Shown: positions 19,166 to 29,382, counted from the stretch's first letter. The stretch is 64,000 nucleotides of DNA from Planctomycetota bacterium (GCA_029260795.1 JAJDCO010000149.1:131814-195813), one strand, 5' to 3'. Made by a program: numbers and translations. Notes: a model not told the origin generated them from the sequence alone.

Positions 19166-20251
19166 ATGACCCTTTCGACACCCTTGTCGCTTTGCCTGCC
19201 CTTGGCGCTGGCTGCCGCTCTGACGCTTTCGGCCGCTCCGGTGAGCTCACCCGAAGCCGCCTCGGCGGCCATCGCCACGAGTGGACGGCGCCCGATCATC
19301 CGCAGCCTGATGCGCGAGCTCGATGGCGAGCAACGCTGGCGCCTCATGGCAGAGCTCGCTCGGTTGCGATCGGATGATCGTCCGATCATCCTCGAGCTGA
19401 TGCGCTCCGAGAGCGGGCATCTCGATCCGGAAGCTCTCCTCGATGCCCTCGCCAGCTCGGGTACCGATTCGGAGGCGTTGACGGCCGTGGTCTGGCCCAT
19501 CGTCGACGCCGGGCTGAGCTGGCTCGACGGAGTCGTGCAGCTCGAGCCTCGCCAGCGCGAGCGCTTGCGGCACGAGTGGACGACCCGCGGCTCACAGGTT
19601 GTCGTTTCGATGACGGGACGCTTCGGGAGTCTGGGCTTCGGCGATTCCGAGCCACCTTTCGATCAGGACACGCGCGCCGCCTTCCGGGAGTTTCGTCGCG
19701 CGGTCGCGAGCGAAGCGGCGAATCAGCAGGACATCGCGCAGCCGCTGCGCCGAGCGGTTCTCGACGAAGGCATCGAGTGGGCGACGCAGGTGAAGCTCGT
19801 CCTCGACGAAGAGCAGGAGCAAGCCATTCGGGACGCGATCCTCGCCTTCGGGATGCTGCCGCGCGACCAGCGGCAGGACGTCTTGTGTCAGCTGGCTTCC
19901 GGTATTGATGACGTCGCCTTGCAGAGCGCTCTGCAAGCTTTTCGGGACGCGGAGCCGGTCGATCGCCCGGCCGCCATGCACGCCGTCGTCGACGTGATCG
20001 CGGCCGGCGTGACGCCGACGCTGTTCCAGCAGTTTGCGATCGCTCCCGTGCAACAGGCCGCGCTCGGCCTGGCGCGCGATAGGTTCTCCCTCGGGACCGA
20101 CACCGATCGCGGCGAGCTTTCATCGCTGCGCGAGGAGCGTCGTGAGAGTGCTTGGGCCACGTTGTCCTCCGAGGAGCAAGCGCTCTTGACGGCGGCACGG
20201 GACGACCTGCGTGAACGAGCTCGAGACTGGCGTAATCAGGTCTGCCAGTAA
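19166..20251 (+). CDS. Secreted hypothetical protein, divergent from the ECF sigma gene
   Basis: Start set at the internal ATG with a GGAGG RBS. Signal peptide MTLSTPLSLCLPLALAAALTLSAAPVSS. The longer ORF from 18443 overlaps the sigma gene and was rejected. Confidence 0.5.
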   Translation: MTLSTPLSLCLPLALAAALTLSAAPVSSPEAASAAIATSGRRPIIRSLMRELDGEQRWRLMAELARLRSDDRPIILELMRSESGHLDPEALLDALASSGTDSEALTAVVWPIVDAGLSWLDGVVQLEPRQRERLRHEWTTRGSQVVVSMTGRFGSLGFGDSEPPFDQDTRAAFREFRRAVASEAANQQDIAQPLRRAVLDEGIEWATQVKLVLDEEQEQAIRDAILAFGMLPRDQRQDVLCQLASGIDDVALQSALQAFRDAEPVDRPAAMHAVVDVIAAGVTPTLFQQFAIAPVQQAALGLARDRFSLGTDTDRGELSSLREERRESAWATLSSEEQALLTAARDDLRERARDWRNQVCQ

Positions 20252-20409
20252 CTGGAAGGCTTCACTCCTCCTCTCCCCGAGAAGGCCCGCTCTTCGAGCG
20301 GGCCTTCGTTTGTTTGAACTCGGCTTGCTTTCGAAAGAACGCTCCGGAGAGACTGTCTGGCAAGATGCGTGATCCCGGCAGGTCTCCCAAAGAGTGCAGG
20401 AATCGATCC

Positions 20410-23400
20410 ATGACCGTGGAGCAAGCGTCGCGTCGAGGGTGGTGGTGGGTCGGGGCGATCGTCGTGGCAATGGCCGGGGGCGCCTGGTGGCTGATCAGCT
20501 CGGGCACGCTCGGGGGCGGGGAGGAGTCGACCGCTCAGCTGGTCGGCCGTGCCGAGGAGATCGCCACGCCGCCGCTCGAACGCTTGGGACGAGGGACGGA
20601 GGTGCTCGAGAGCGAAGCGGGTGCGACTCCCGAGAGTTCCGAGTCCGGGAGCCCGAGCGATGATCCGGCGGCCCGTCAAGGCGAGGGCGCCGAGCACCAG
20701 GTAATACTGGGTCTCGTGCTCAACGCGATCGATCGGCAGCCCGTTCCGAATGCGACGGTGGTTCTTCTGCGACGCCCGCCGGCGCAGACGCTCGCGGATC
20801 TCGTGCAGTGGGAGCAGTTTCGTCCGGGCGAGGACACCTTCCCGGGCGAGGCTCAGGTGCGGGGAGACGACGGGCTCGAGCGCATGAGCCCACCGCCGCC
20901 CAAGGACGCACCGAAGACGACGACGGATGCGCAGGGTCACTTCGAGCTCGCGGTCTCGGGCTCCGGGTCCTACTACTTGGCTGCGGAGGCACGGGGACTG
21001 TATCAGCGGGACTTCGCGTCGATCGACGTGGCCAACGCGGAAGCGCCGCGCGTGCAGCTCCGTCTTTACCCGGCCGCGATCGTGACGGGTCGCGTCGTCA
21101 ATCGGCGGGGCCAGGGCGTCGCCGGAGCGCGGGTCTTGTGTGGCGATCAGTTCGATCCGATGTCGTTCGCCACGGGGTCTCAGGTGCCGATGCGGAGCTT
21201 CGAGACCGAGACGGATCGCGAGGGACACTTCACCTTTGCAGCCATTCCGCCGGTCGGTGCGAAGTACCTCAAGATCGAGGCCCGCACTTACGCCAAGCTG
21301 GTCAAAGCCGGCTGGACGTGCCGCCCGGGCGGCACGGTCGAGCACGACCTCGTGCTGCCTCGGGGAGGCACGATTCACGGGCGGGTGCTGGCGAACGGGG
21401 AGCCCGTGACGGCCGCCAATGTCGAGGCGGTTCGAAAGGGCGTGTCGGCGTTCGACGTCGTCGGTCGGATCGAGAGCACGCGTAAGACGAAGACCGTGCC
21501 GGATGGAAGCTTCGAGATCCCTCGCCTCGCCGAAGGCGAGTATCGCGTGCAGGTCGATGCCCCGGGTTGGCTCCCCTCGGAGGTGAAGAAGGTCGACGTC
21601 ACCGAGGAAGGCGACGTACAAGTCGACTTCGAGGTCGAAGCCGGCGAGCACATCGCCGGCATCGTGCTCGACGCTCGCGGCAAACCGATCGGGGGCGCGC
21701 GCGTCGTGCCGGTCCGTAAGCGCGGCCTCCTGGACCTGTCGGGGATCGAGCGCGACATTCGGTTGCGCAAGGTCGGAACGACGCGGAGCGACGACACGGG
21801 GCTGTTCGCCTGCCGCGGATTGATCGCGGGAACCTACTCGCTCGAGGTCACGGCCGATCGTCATGCCGACCTGAAGTTGGAAGACATCGAAGCCGGCACC
21901 GAAGGCCTCGTGATTCGATTGCCGTTGCCGGGAGCGATCGCGGGCGCGGTCATCCTGGGTGACCCGCTCGAGCCGGCGGAAGAGTTCAGCATCGAGATCC
22001 CTCTCGGCGTCGACTCGCCGATGGCTACCGTGGAGCTTCCCGGTCGCACCGAGCAATTCCACGCTGCCGGGGGCCGCTTTCTCCTCGAAGACGTCGAGCC
22101 CGGAACCGTGTCGCTCAAGTTCCGGGCCGAAGGCTACGTCTCGGCTCGGGTCGAGGAGGTCGTGGTCGTTGCGGGCGAGACGACTTCGGGAATTCGCGTC
22201 GTGCTGACGCGAGGCGCGGGGCTGGCGGGACGCGTGCTGACGACCGACGGGGAGCCGATCGGCGGCGTCCGGCTGACGACCAAGACGGGCATGGAGCGAT
22301 TCATGGCCGTCTTCGACAAGCAGGATTCGACGGTCTCGGATGAGGACGGCCACTTCGAAATGACGGGTCTCGAGGCAGGCATGCTGACGGTGTCGATCAC
22401 GCACCCCGACTTCGCGGGAACGTCGCTCCGGCAACGCCTCTCGGCGGGGGAGGTCGTCGACGATCTCGAGATCCGGCTCTCTCGGGGAGCGACCGTCGAA
22501 GGACGCGTCTTCGATCTCGAGGGGCAGCCGGCGAAGGGCATCATGGTCTTCGCCACGATTCCGGGGCGTATGGACTTCAAGCAAAGCACGACCGACGAGG
22601 AGGGCGCCTTCGTGCTGACGGGCCTCAGCTCGGGCAGCTATCAGGTTTCCGCCATGCTCGGGAGCGCCGAGTCGCCCGAGGACATCATGGCGGCCATCTC
22701 GGGACAGGTCTCTCAGGCCGTGGAGCTCGAGGAAGACGAGGTCGAGTACGTCGAGCTACGAGCGGCGACGACCGAAGGCGCACGCTTGAGCGGCGTCGTG
22801 ACGCAGGCCGGACAGCCGCTCGAAGGCGGCTTGATCATGGTGACGGCCGTCGGCAAGCAGCAGCCCTCTGCCAGTGGCATGATCGGCGAGAAGGGACGCT
22901 TCGAGGTGCTTGGACTGGCGCCCGGGGATTACCAGGTCGTCGTGCAAGGCGGTCCCGGTCTCGGCGACTTCGTGCCCTTCGAGCTCAAGATCTCCGAGGA
23001 AGACTCGTCGGTGGAGCGCGACTTCGACCTGCCCGGCGGTGAGGTCTTCGGGAGAGTCGTCTCGGCCGAGACGCGCCAGCCCCTTTCGGGCGTGCGCGTG
23101 CTCGCCCGCGACGCAGGAGGCGACGCCGTGGCCGCGGCCGGCCTCAAGCAAGCCCTCACCGACGGCAAGGGCGAGTTTCGATTCCGGAGTCTCCAACCCG
23201 GTCGCTACGACATCGTCGTGGGCGGGACCGGTTTCGTGGGACGGGGCGACGTCGGGCACGAGATCGTCGAGGGCGTGACCGTGACGGGAGCGGCGACCGA
23301 CGTCGGAGAAGTGCGGCTGCCGAGTGGCGGCTCCTTCAGCGGCCGGGTGACGAATGCTGCCGGTGAGTCGCTGGCCGGTGTCCTGGTGGGCCTCGAGGAC

Positions 23401-23598
23401 GATCGCGGTCGAACCGTGCTGCTGCCGGGCGAGGTGCCCTTGGACGAGGGCGGTCGATTCACGATCAAGGGCCTGGCGGCGGGGACGTACACGATCCGCG
23501 TGTACCTGAGCAACGGTGAGAGCCAACGTCAGGGCGGCGTGCGCGTGCAGCCGGGCTCCGAGGCGTCCGAGGTTCGGGTGATCGTGCGGGGGCAGTGA
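20410..23598 (+). CDS. Large membrane-anchored protein with at least 7 carboxypeptidase-regulatory-like (CarbopepD_reg, PF13620-like) repeats
   Basis: Repeated G-R-V-x-x-x-x-G-x-P-[IVL]-x-G-[AV]-x-V units, N-terminal TM helix. 1062 aa. The antisense 782-aa ORF was rejected. Confidence 0.7.
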   Translation: MTVEQASRRGWWWVGAIVVAMAGGAWWLISSGTLGGGEESTAQLVGRAEEIATPPLERLGRGTEVLESEAGATPESSESGSPSDDPAARQGEGAEHQVILGLVLNAIDRQPVPNATVVLLRRPPAQTLADLVQWEQFRPGEDTFPGEAQVRGDDGLERMSPPPPKDAPKTTTDAQGHFELAVSGSGSYYLAAEARGLYQRDFASIDVANAEAPRVQLRLYPAAIVTGRVVNRRGQGVAGARVLCGDQFDPMSFATGSQVPMRSFETETDREGHFTFAAIPPVGAKYLKIEARTYAKLVKAGWTCRPGGTVEHDLVLPRGGTIHGRVLANGEPVTAANVEAVRKGVSAFDVVGRIESTRKTKTVPDGSFEIPRLAEGEYRVQVDAPGWLPSEVKKVDVTEEGDVQVDFEVEAGEHIAGIVLDARGKPIGGARVVPVRKRGLLDLSGIERDIRLRKVGTTRSDDTGLFACRGLIAGTYSLEVTADRHADLKLEDIEAGTEGLVIRLPLPGAIAGAVILGDPLEPAEEFSIEIPLGVDSPMATVELPGRTEQFHAAGGRFLLEDVEPGTVSLKFRAEGYVSARVEEVVVVAGETTSGIRVVLTRGAGLAGRVLTTDGEPIGGVRLTTKTGMERFMAVFDKQDSTVSDEDGHFEMTGLEAGMLTVSITHPDFAGTSLRQRLSAGEVVDDLEIRLSRGATVEGRVFDLEGQPAKGIMVFATIPGRMDFKQSTTDEEGAFVLTGLSSGSYQVSAMLGSAESPEDIMAAISGQVSQAVELEEDEVEYVELRAATTEGARLSGVVTQAGQPLEGGLIMVTAVGKQQPSASGMIGEKGRFEVLGLAPGDYQVVVQGGPGLGDFVPFELKISEEDSSVERDFDLPGGEVFGRVVSAETRQPLSGVRVLARDAGGDAVAAAGLKQALTDGKGEFRFRSLQPGRYDIVVGGTGFVGRGDVGHEIVEGVTVTGAATDVGEVRLPSGGSFSGRVTNAAGESLAGVLVGLEDDRGRTVLLPGEVPLDEGGRFTIKGLAAGTYTIRVYLSNGESQRQGGVRVQPGSEASEVRVIVRGQ

Positions 23599-23687
23599 AC
23601 CACCGAGGGAGTGAACCACCGAGGACACTGAGGGCACGGAGGGCACGGAGGGCACTGAGGGCACGGAGGGGTGAACCATGGAGGGCG
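23598..23687. repeat. Short tandem repeats: 2.5 copies of gtgaaccaccgagg followed by five 9-bp units (cac[tg]gaggg)
   Basis: Direct reading: ...cagtgaaccaccgagggagtgaaccaccgagg acactgagggcacggagggcacggagggcactgagggcacggaggg gtgaaccatggagg. Confidence 0.7.
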
Positions 23688-23819
23688 GTGAGAGGAGCCC
23701 GGGCGCGGATCGTCGGTCGATGAAGTCGTCGCTTGCGCCGACCCTAACTTTTTTCTAACCTCTCGGCTCAAACGTCGCTGTCCCGGGGAGGGGACGTCCA
23801 CCGCGAGGAGCCCGGCACC

Positions 23820-26696
23820 GTGCCCCGAGAGCTGAACGAGATCGTCATTCAGGGTGCTCGCCAGCACAACCTGAAGAACATCACCGTCAAGATCCCCAAG
23901 CGCCAGCTGATCGTATTCACGGGTGTCTCGGGATCGGGCAAGTCCAGCCTGGCGTTCGACACCTTGTACGCCGAGGGCCAGCGTCGATACATCGAGTCGC
24001 TGTCTTCGTACGCGCGGCAGTTTCTCGGCCAAATGGAGAAGCCGCTCTACGACCACATTCGCGGCATCGCGCCCACCATCTCGGTCGAGCAGAAAGCGGC
24101 GAGCAACAACCCGCGCTCGACGGTCGGGACCGTGACCGAGATCCATGACTACCTGCGAGTACTCTACGCGCGCGTCGGGCAGCCCTTCTGCCCCGGCTGC
24201 GGTGAGCCGGTCTCGGGACAGTCGGCGGCGCAGATCGTTCGCGACCTCGAAGGGGCAGGCGGAGGGCGGCAGGTCACCGTTCTGGCGCGGGTGCTCGAGA
24301 ACCGAAAAGGCGAGCACAAGGAGAAGCTGGCGGAGCTGCGTCAGGATGGATTCACGCGTCTTCGGGTCGATGGCGAGATCGTGTCACTTCGGGATCTGAC
24401 TCAGCTCGACAAGCGCCGCAAGCACACGGTCGATGTCGTCGTCGATCGGGTCACCCTGAAGCCCGGCATCATGCCGAGGCTGACCGAGGCGGTCGAGCTC
24501 GCCTTGCGAGTCGGGGACGGGAGCTGTCTGGCGGGCGTGGACGATGAGGGGGACCGGTTGTATTCGGAGGCTCGCGCCTGTCCCCATTGCAACATCTCCT
24601 TCCCCGAGCTCACGCCGCAGCTCTTCTCGTTCAACTCGCCGCAGGGCATGTGCCACGACTGCAACGGGCTCGGTACGCGATTCGACATGGATCCGGATCG
24701 GGTCGTGCCGGATCAAGACAAGTCGATCGCCGAAGGCGCGATCGAGGACTGGGGCACGATCGGGGGGCAGAAGGGCGGCTGGACTGGCGCTATTGCGCGC
24801 GCGGTGGCGCAGAAGAACAAGATCCCACTCGACAAGCCGTGGCGCAAGCTGACGGCAAAGCAGCGCAAGATCTTGCTCTACGGAACCGGCCAGGCCCGCG
24901 TCCCGGTGAGCTGGAAGCGGCAGCATGCACAAGCCACGTTCGAGGTGAAGTTCGAGGGCGTGATCCCGACGCTTCTGCGACGCATGGGGCAAACGCAGTC
25001 GGAGCGCGCTCGCGAGTACTATCGCAAGTTCATGAGCCCACACCGCTGCGCGAGCTGCGATGGCACGCGCTTGCGCAGTGAAGCTCGTCACGTTCGGATC
25101 GCTGACGTCGACATCACGGCGCTGTGTCAGCGGACGGTCGAAGACGCGACACGTCATTGCGCCGAGCTGAAGCTGACGGGCAACGACGCCGTGGTCGCGG
25201 AAGAGCTGCTGAAGGAGATTCGGGCGCGGCTCGGCTTCTTGCTCGACGTGGGGCTGGGCTACCTCACCCTCGATCGGCTGGCACCGACCTTGTCGGGTGG
25301 CGAGGGGCAGCGCATCCGTTTGGCGAGCCAGATCGGCAGCGAGCTGACGGGGGTCGTCTACGTTCTCGATGAGCCGTCGATCGGTCTGCATCAGCGCGAC
25401 AACCGTAAGCTCCTCTCCGCGCTGCGGCGGCTTCGGGACATCGGCAACACGGTCGTGGTCGTCGAGCACGACCGCGAGACCATGGAGGAAGCGGATCACC
25501 TGATCGACTTCGGTCCGGGTGCCGGCCATCTCGGTGGCGAGGTGGTGGCTAAGGGAAAGGTCGCCGATCTCGTGAAGTCGAAGCGGTCGTTGACGGGGCA
25601 GTATCTGTCCGGCCAGCGCGACATCGAGATTCCTGCCGAGCGTCGACCGCGCTCGGAGCGATCGCTCGTCTTGCGTGGAGCGCGCGCGAACAACCTCAAG
25701 AGCATCGATGCCGAGTTCCCGCTCGGAGTGCTCATCTGTGTCTCGGGAGTCAGCGGTGCGGGCAAGAGCACGCTGATCAATCAGACACTGCTGCCGAAGA
25801 TGCGCTTTCTCCTGAACCGGAGCCTGGGCGCGATCGGCGATCACGATCGACTCGAAGGCATCGAGCAGATCGACAAGGTGATCGCGATCGATCAAAGCCC
25901 GATCGGTCGAACGTCCCGCTCGAATCCGGCCACCTACACCAAGGTGTTCGACGAGATCCGCAGCTTCTTCGCAAAGCTTCCCGAGTCCCGGATGCGTGGC
26001 TTCCAGCCCGGCCGCTTCAGCTTCAACGTCAAGGGCGGACGCTGCGAGTCGTGCTCCGGTGATGGCTACCGCCGGGTCGAGATGCACTTCCTCGCCGACG
26101 TCTTCGTGTCGTGTGAGGTCTGCCAAGGCCGACGCTTCAATGACGCGACGCTCGAAGTGCGCTTCCGCGGACGGAGCATCGCCGACGTGCTGGCGCTGTC
26201 GGTCGATGAGGCGCTCGAGCTGTTCCAGAACCATCCAGGGCTCAAGGCCGGGCTGACCACACTCCATGACGTCGGGCTCGGCTACATCCACCTCGGGCAA
26301 CCGTCGCCGACGCTGTCGGGTGGCGAGGCGCAGCGCATCAAGCTGAGCCGGGAGCTGTCCAAGCGCTCGACCGGCAAGACCGTCTACGTCCTCGACGAGC
26401 CCACCACCGGGCTCCACTTTGAGGACATTCGACACCTGCTCGAGGTGCTGAATCGCCTGGTCGATGGCGGCAACACGGTCATCGTCATCGAGCACAACCT
26501 CGATGTCATCAAGACCGCGGACTGGATCATCGACATCGGCCCCGAGGGTGGCCAGGCGGGTGGATACATCCTGGCCGCGGGCACGCCCGAGCAGGTGGCC
26601 AAGCAACGCCGTTCGGTGACCGGTCGCTATCTTTCGGACATGCTGCCAAAGAAGACGCGACGGCGCCGGAGCCGAGCCGCCTCGCACTCGGGCTGA
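23820..26696 (+). CDS. uvrA: Excinuclease ABC subunit A
   Basis: NLKNITVKIPKRQLIVFTGVSGSGKSSLAFDTLYAEGQRRYIESLSSYARQFLGQMEKP, two ABC modules, Zn-finger cysteines. 958 aa. Confidence 0.95.
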   Translation: MPRELNEIVIQGARQHNLKNITVKIPKRQLIVFTGVSGSGKSSLAFDTLYAEGQRRYIESLSSYARQFLGQMEKPLYDHIRGIAPTISVEQKAASNNPRSTVGTVTEIHDYLRVLYARVGQPFCPGCGEPVSGQSAAQIVRDLEGAGGGRQVTVLARVLENRKGEHKEKLAELRQDGFTRLRVDGEIVSLRDLTQLDKRRKHTVDVVVDRVTLKPGIMPRLTEAVELALRVGDGSCLAGVDDEGDRLYSEARACPHCNISFPELTPQLFSFNSPQGMCHDCNGLGTRFDMDPDRVVPDQDKSIAEGAIEDWGTIGGQKGGWTGAIARAVAQKNKIPLDKPWRKLTAKQRKILLYGTGQARVPVSWKRQHAQATFEVKFEGVIPTLLRRMGQTQSERAREYYRKFMSPHRCASCDGTRLRSEARHVRIADVDITALCQRTVEDATRHCAELKLTGNDAVVAEELLKEIRARLGFLLDVGLGYLTLDRLAPTLSGGEGQRIRLASQIGSELTGVVYVLDEPSIGLHQRDNRKLLSALRRLRDIGNTVVVVEHDRETMEEADHLIDFGPGAGHLGGEVVAKGKVADLVKSKRSLTGQYLSGQRDIEIPAERRPRSERSLVLRGARANNLKSIDAEFPLGVLICVSGVSGAGKSTLINQTLLPKMRFLLNRSLGAIGDHDRLEGIEQIDKVIAIDQSPIGRTSRSNPATYTKVFDEIRSFFAKLPESRMRGFQPGRFSFNVKGGRCESCSGDGYRRVEMHFLADVFVSCEVCQGRRFNDATLEVRFRGRSIADVLALSVDEALELFQNHPGLKAGLTTLHDVGLGYIHLGQPSPTLSGGEAQRIKLSRELSKRSTGKTVYVLDEPTTGLHFEDIRHLLEVLNRLVDGGNTVIVIEHNLDVIKTADWIIDIGPEGGQAGGYILAAGTPEQVAKQRRSVTGRYLSDMLPKKTRRRRSRAASHSG

Positions 26697-26723
26697 GGCG
26701 CCGAGACTCTCGCGACGCTCGAT

Positions 26724-27296
26724 CTACATCGCCAGGAAGCGGTCGACGAGCGGCTGGAGCCTCTTCACGAGCTCATGGTCGGCGCCCAGCCGTGCGGTGA
26801 GCGCCGCGCACACCGTCCGGTAGTACCACTGCTGCTCGCTCTTGGGCGCGTTCATGTGCTCGAAGATCTGAGGGGCCTCGTCCAGCAACGATCGCAGGTT
26901 GTGTGTCTTGTCTGCGGCCGATATCGCGACCGCACGAGGATCGGCTTCGGAGAGATGCTCGATGTAGCGCTCCTTGCGCTCGCGCCAGGGCTGGTCCGGC
27001 TCGGGATACGACACCGCCCGGACGAGCTCGGCGACATCGCGGCCGAAGTGCTCGAAGAGGTCCTCGAAGCTCGTTCCGGTGTCTTCCAGCGTGTCGTGCA
27101 AGATGCCGGCGATCACGGTCGTCCGCTCGAAGCCGGCCTTTTGCAGCGTCATCCCGACGGCCGCACAGTGAATGAAGTATGGCAGGCGGCGCGAGGGGTT
27201 CTTGCGGAACTGTCCTTCGTGGGCGAGCGCGGCGAACTCGAGTGCTTCGTAGATGCGATCCATCGGGTCGGTCGGACCTCCGGGGATGAGGAGCAC
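26724..27296 (-). CDS. HD-domain protein (RelA/SpoT-type HD, small alarmone hydrolase-like)
   Basis: H...HD...D motif (LAHEGQ...ILHDTLEDT). 190 aa. Separated by 18 bp from the GT2 gene on the same strand. Confidence 0.55.
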   Translation of the reverse strand: MLLIPGGPTDPMDRIYEALEFAALAHEGQFRKNPSRRLPYFIHCAAVGMTLQKAGFERTTVIAGILHDTLEDTGTSFEDLFEHFGRDVAELVRAVSYPEPDQPWRERKERYIEHLSEADPRAVAISAADKTHNLRSLLDEAPQIFEHMNAPKSEQQWYYRTVCAALTARLGADHELVKRLQPLVDRFLAM

Positions 27297-27314
27297 GAGG
27301 GGTGAGGCCGCATC

Positions 27315-28565
27315 CTAGGCGCGAGAACGCCCGGCGGCAACCGAGGCCTCATCGGGAGCCCGTCGGCTCCGCCACCGTTCGCGCATCCAAATCCGGCGCT
27401 CGCGCAAGTGAGCTCGCAGCTCGGCCAACGGATAGTGCGTTCCTCTCCAGACGACGCCGCCCTGACGCTCGGTGATCCACCCGGAGCGAACGAAGGCGAT
27501 CGCCAGCAGTAGCTGGCCGACGGGAAGCGCGAGCGCATAGACGGGCGGGATGCGCGTCGAGCGTTGGAGGAGCGCGTACCAGGCTACGGCCGCGATCAAC
27601 CCGGCGCCCGATATCGCGCGCAACCAGGTGGGTCCGACCCAAACGCCGAGGTGCGGCGCCACGCACAGGATCGATCCCAAGCCGATTCCCAAGGGGAGCG
27701 CCCAGGCCTTCAGCTCGGTGGCAGCGTAGGCATTCTTCTCGATCCCGCAGAGGAGGTTTCGCAGGCCTTCTTGCCAGCGCACCGCGATGCAGTCGCGACC
27801 CGACGCCGCAATCTGCCGCCAGCCCGACCACTTGAGTGCCTGTCCCAGGCGGAGGTCGTCATCGATGCTGAGCCGGATCGGCGCGAAGCCGCCGATGTCC
27901 TCGAAGGCTCGCCGGCGCACGAGGTTGCCGGCACCGATGCCGAGGAAGGCTCGCGAGCGCGGATTGGCCAGTCGCCAGGGCTCCCGTCCCAGGATGAGCA
28001 GCATCGTGAACATCGAGAGGAAGATACGCTCGCCGATCGAGCGTCGATTCGGCTCGGGATCGTCCGGTCCGACGACGACGTGGTCGGCACCGTGGCGCTC
28101 GGCAAAGCCCATCAGCCGCCGCAGTGCGCCGGGACGAAACAGCACATCGGCGTCGGTGAAGAGGATCCATTCGCTCTGCGCACGCTGGGCGCCGCGCTGG
28201 AGAGCGTGAGTCTTGCCGAGCCAACCGGCCGGGAGCTCTCGGATCGTGACGACCTCGAGACGGTCGTCGTCGGCGGCGAGGCGTTCCAGCAGCCCCGTGG
28301 TGTCGTCCACCGATCGGTCGTCGACGGCGACGATGCGGAGACCGGGAAGATCCTGCTCCAAGAGCGAGTTCACGGACTGCGTGATGTGCGCGGCCTCGTC
28401 GCGAGCCGCGATCACGACCGTGAGCGTCGACTCGGGCCCGGGCTCGAAGTCCGGCTCCTCGCAAAGGAAATTGCGATGGGCCGGTCGTCGCACGAGGGCT
28501 TCGAGACAGACGAAGATCCAGATCAACGAGCCGAGGAGCGCGGGTCCACCGACGAGCCAGTACAT
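27315..28565 (-). CDS. Family 2 glycosyltransferase (membrane-bound, GT-A fold)
   Basis: VVIAARDE ... AVDDRSVDDT ... FTDADV DxD-type motifs, multiple C-terminal TM helices. Start at the internal MYWLVGG; the upstream part of the long ORF is low-complexity. Confidence 0.7.
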   Translation of the reverse strand: MYWLVGGPALLGSLIWIFVCLEALVRRPAHRNFLCEEPDFEPGPESTLTVVIAARDEAAHITQSVNSLLEQDLPGLRIVAVDDRSVDDTTGLLERLAADDDRLEVVTIRELPAGWLGKTHALQRGAQRAQSEWILFTDADVLFRPGALRRLMGFAERHGADHVVVGPDDPEPNRRSIGERIFLSMFTMLLILGREPWRLANPRSRAFLGIGAGNLVRRRAFEDIGGFAPIRLSIDDDLRLGQALKWSGWRQIAASGRDCIAVRWQEGLRNLLCGIEKNAYAATELKAWALPLGIGLGSILCVAPHLGVWVGPTWLRAISGAGLIAAVAWYALLQRSTRIPPVYALALPVGQLLLAIAFVRSGWITERQGGVVWRGTHYPLAELRAHLRERRIWMRERWRSRRAPDEASVAAGRSRA

Positions 28566-28695
28566 GATCGCGTCCTCGAGATGATGCGTCACGGTGCGGC
28601 CGGTCGACCCTCCTCTCGGGCCGACCATTGACACCGCTCTGTGCGCGGGTTCCCCTCCGAGGCGGCGCTTATAGCAGATTCTCTCCGAGGCACTC

Positions 28696-29382
28696 ATGAC
28701 GACATCGTCCCCGAAGCCCAAGCTGACCTGGCGCGGCTGGATCGTTCCGGCCGGCGCGCTGCTCCTCGGTGTGATCGGCATCCTCCTGGCCCGAACGATC
28801 GCTCCCGGGCTCTCGCTGGTCGCCCCGCGCTTCGACGGTCCGGCTGACGGTGTTCTGTGGACCGATCGGCTCGGTGGGCCGCGACCGTTGACGGTGGGCG
28901 CTCCGTTCGTCAGCGGCGCCTTGCTCGAGGTCGGGTCGGCACCCGCGCGCTTCCTCATCGATCGCAACGGCTCGGTCGAGGCGGCTCCGGGCTCCAAGCT
29001 CCGGTTTCTCAACGGTGCCCAGTCGACGACGCTGGAGCTGCAGGCCGGCAGCACGCTGGTCGAGCTGCATCCCGAGACGGCACCCACGATCGTGACGACC
29101 CAGGTCGGCTCGCTGCATGCCTCCGAAGCGCGCTTCACTCTCCTCGCCGGCTCTCTCGCCGACTCGTCCCTTCTCGAGACCCTCGAGTCGCTCGCCCCGG
29201 ATTCGGATTGGCCGGAGCTGCTCGAGCTCGCCGAGCGCGAGCTCACCTGGGTCACTCTCGAGCAAGGGGCGATCGAGTTTCGACCTCTGCGTGGCCCCGC
29301 GCTCGAGGTGGGGAAGCAAGAGCTGGAGGCGCCCGCTCGATTCCTACTGGCTCCGGGGCTTCCTTTGACGGTCGTGAAGTAG
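28696..29382 (+). CDS. Hypothetical membrane-anchored protein
   Basis: 228-aa ORF with an N-terminal TM helix, divergent from the GT2 gene. No recognisable domain. Confidence 0.4.
   Translation: MTTSSPKPKLTWRGWIVPAGALLLGVIGILLARTIAPGLSLVAPRFDGPADGVLWTDRLGGPRPLTVGAPFVSGALLEVGSAPARFLIDRNGSVEAAPGSKLRFLNGAQSTTLELQAGSTLVELHPETAPTIVTTQVGSLHASEARFTLLAGSLADSSLLETLESLAPDSDWPELLELAERELTWVTLEQGAIEFRPLRGPALEVGKQELEAPARFLLAPGLPLTVVK

Noticed and set aside
20236-22584. 782-aa minus-strand ORF
   Set aside because: Antisense to the CarbopepD_reg repeat protein gene; low-complexity.
24384-26687. 767-aa minus-strand ORF
   Set aside because: Antisense to uvrA.
28566-29255. N-terminal 230 aa of the 646-aa minus ORF (upstream of GT2)
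   Set aside because: Ser/Arg/Ala-rich low complexity with no homology. The GT2 domain starts at the internal Met, and the + strand here holds a plausible divergent gene.
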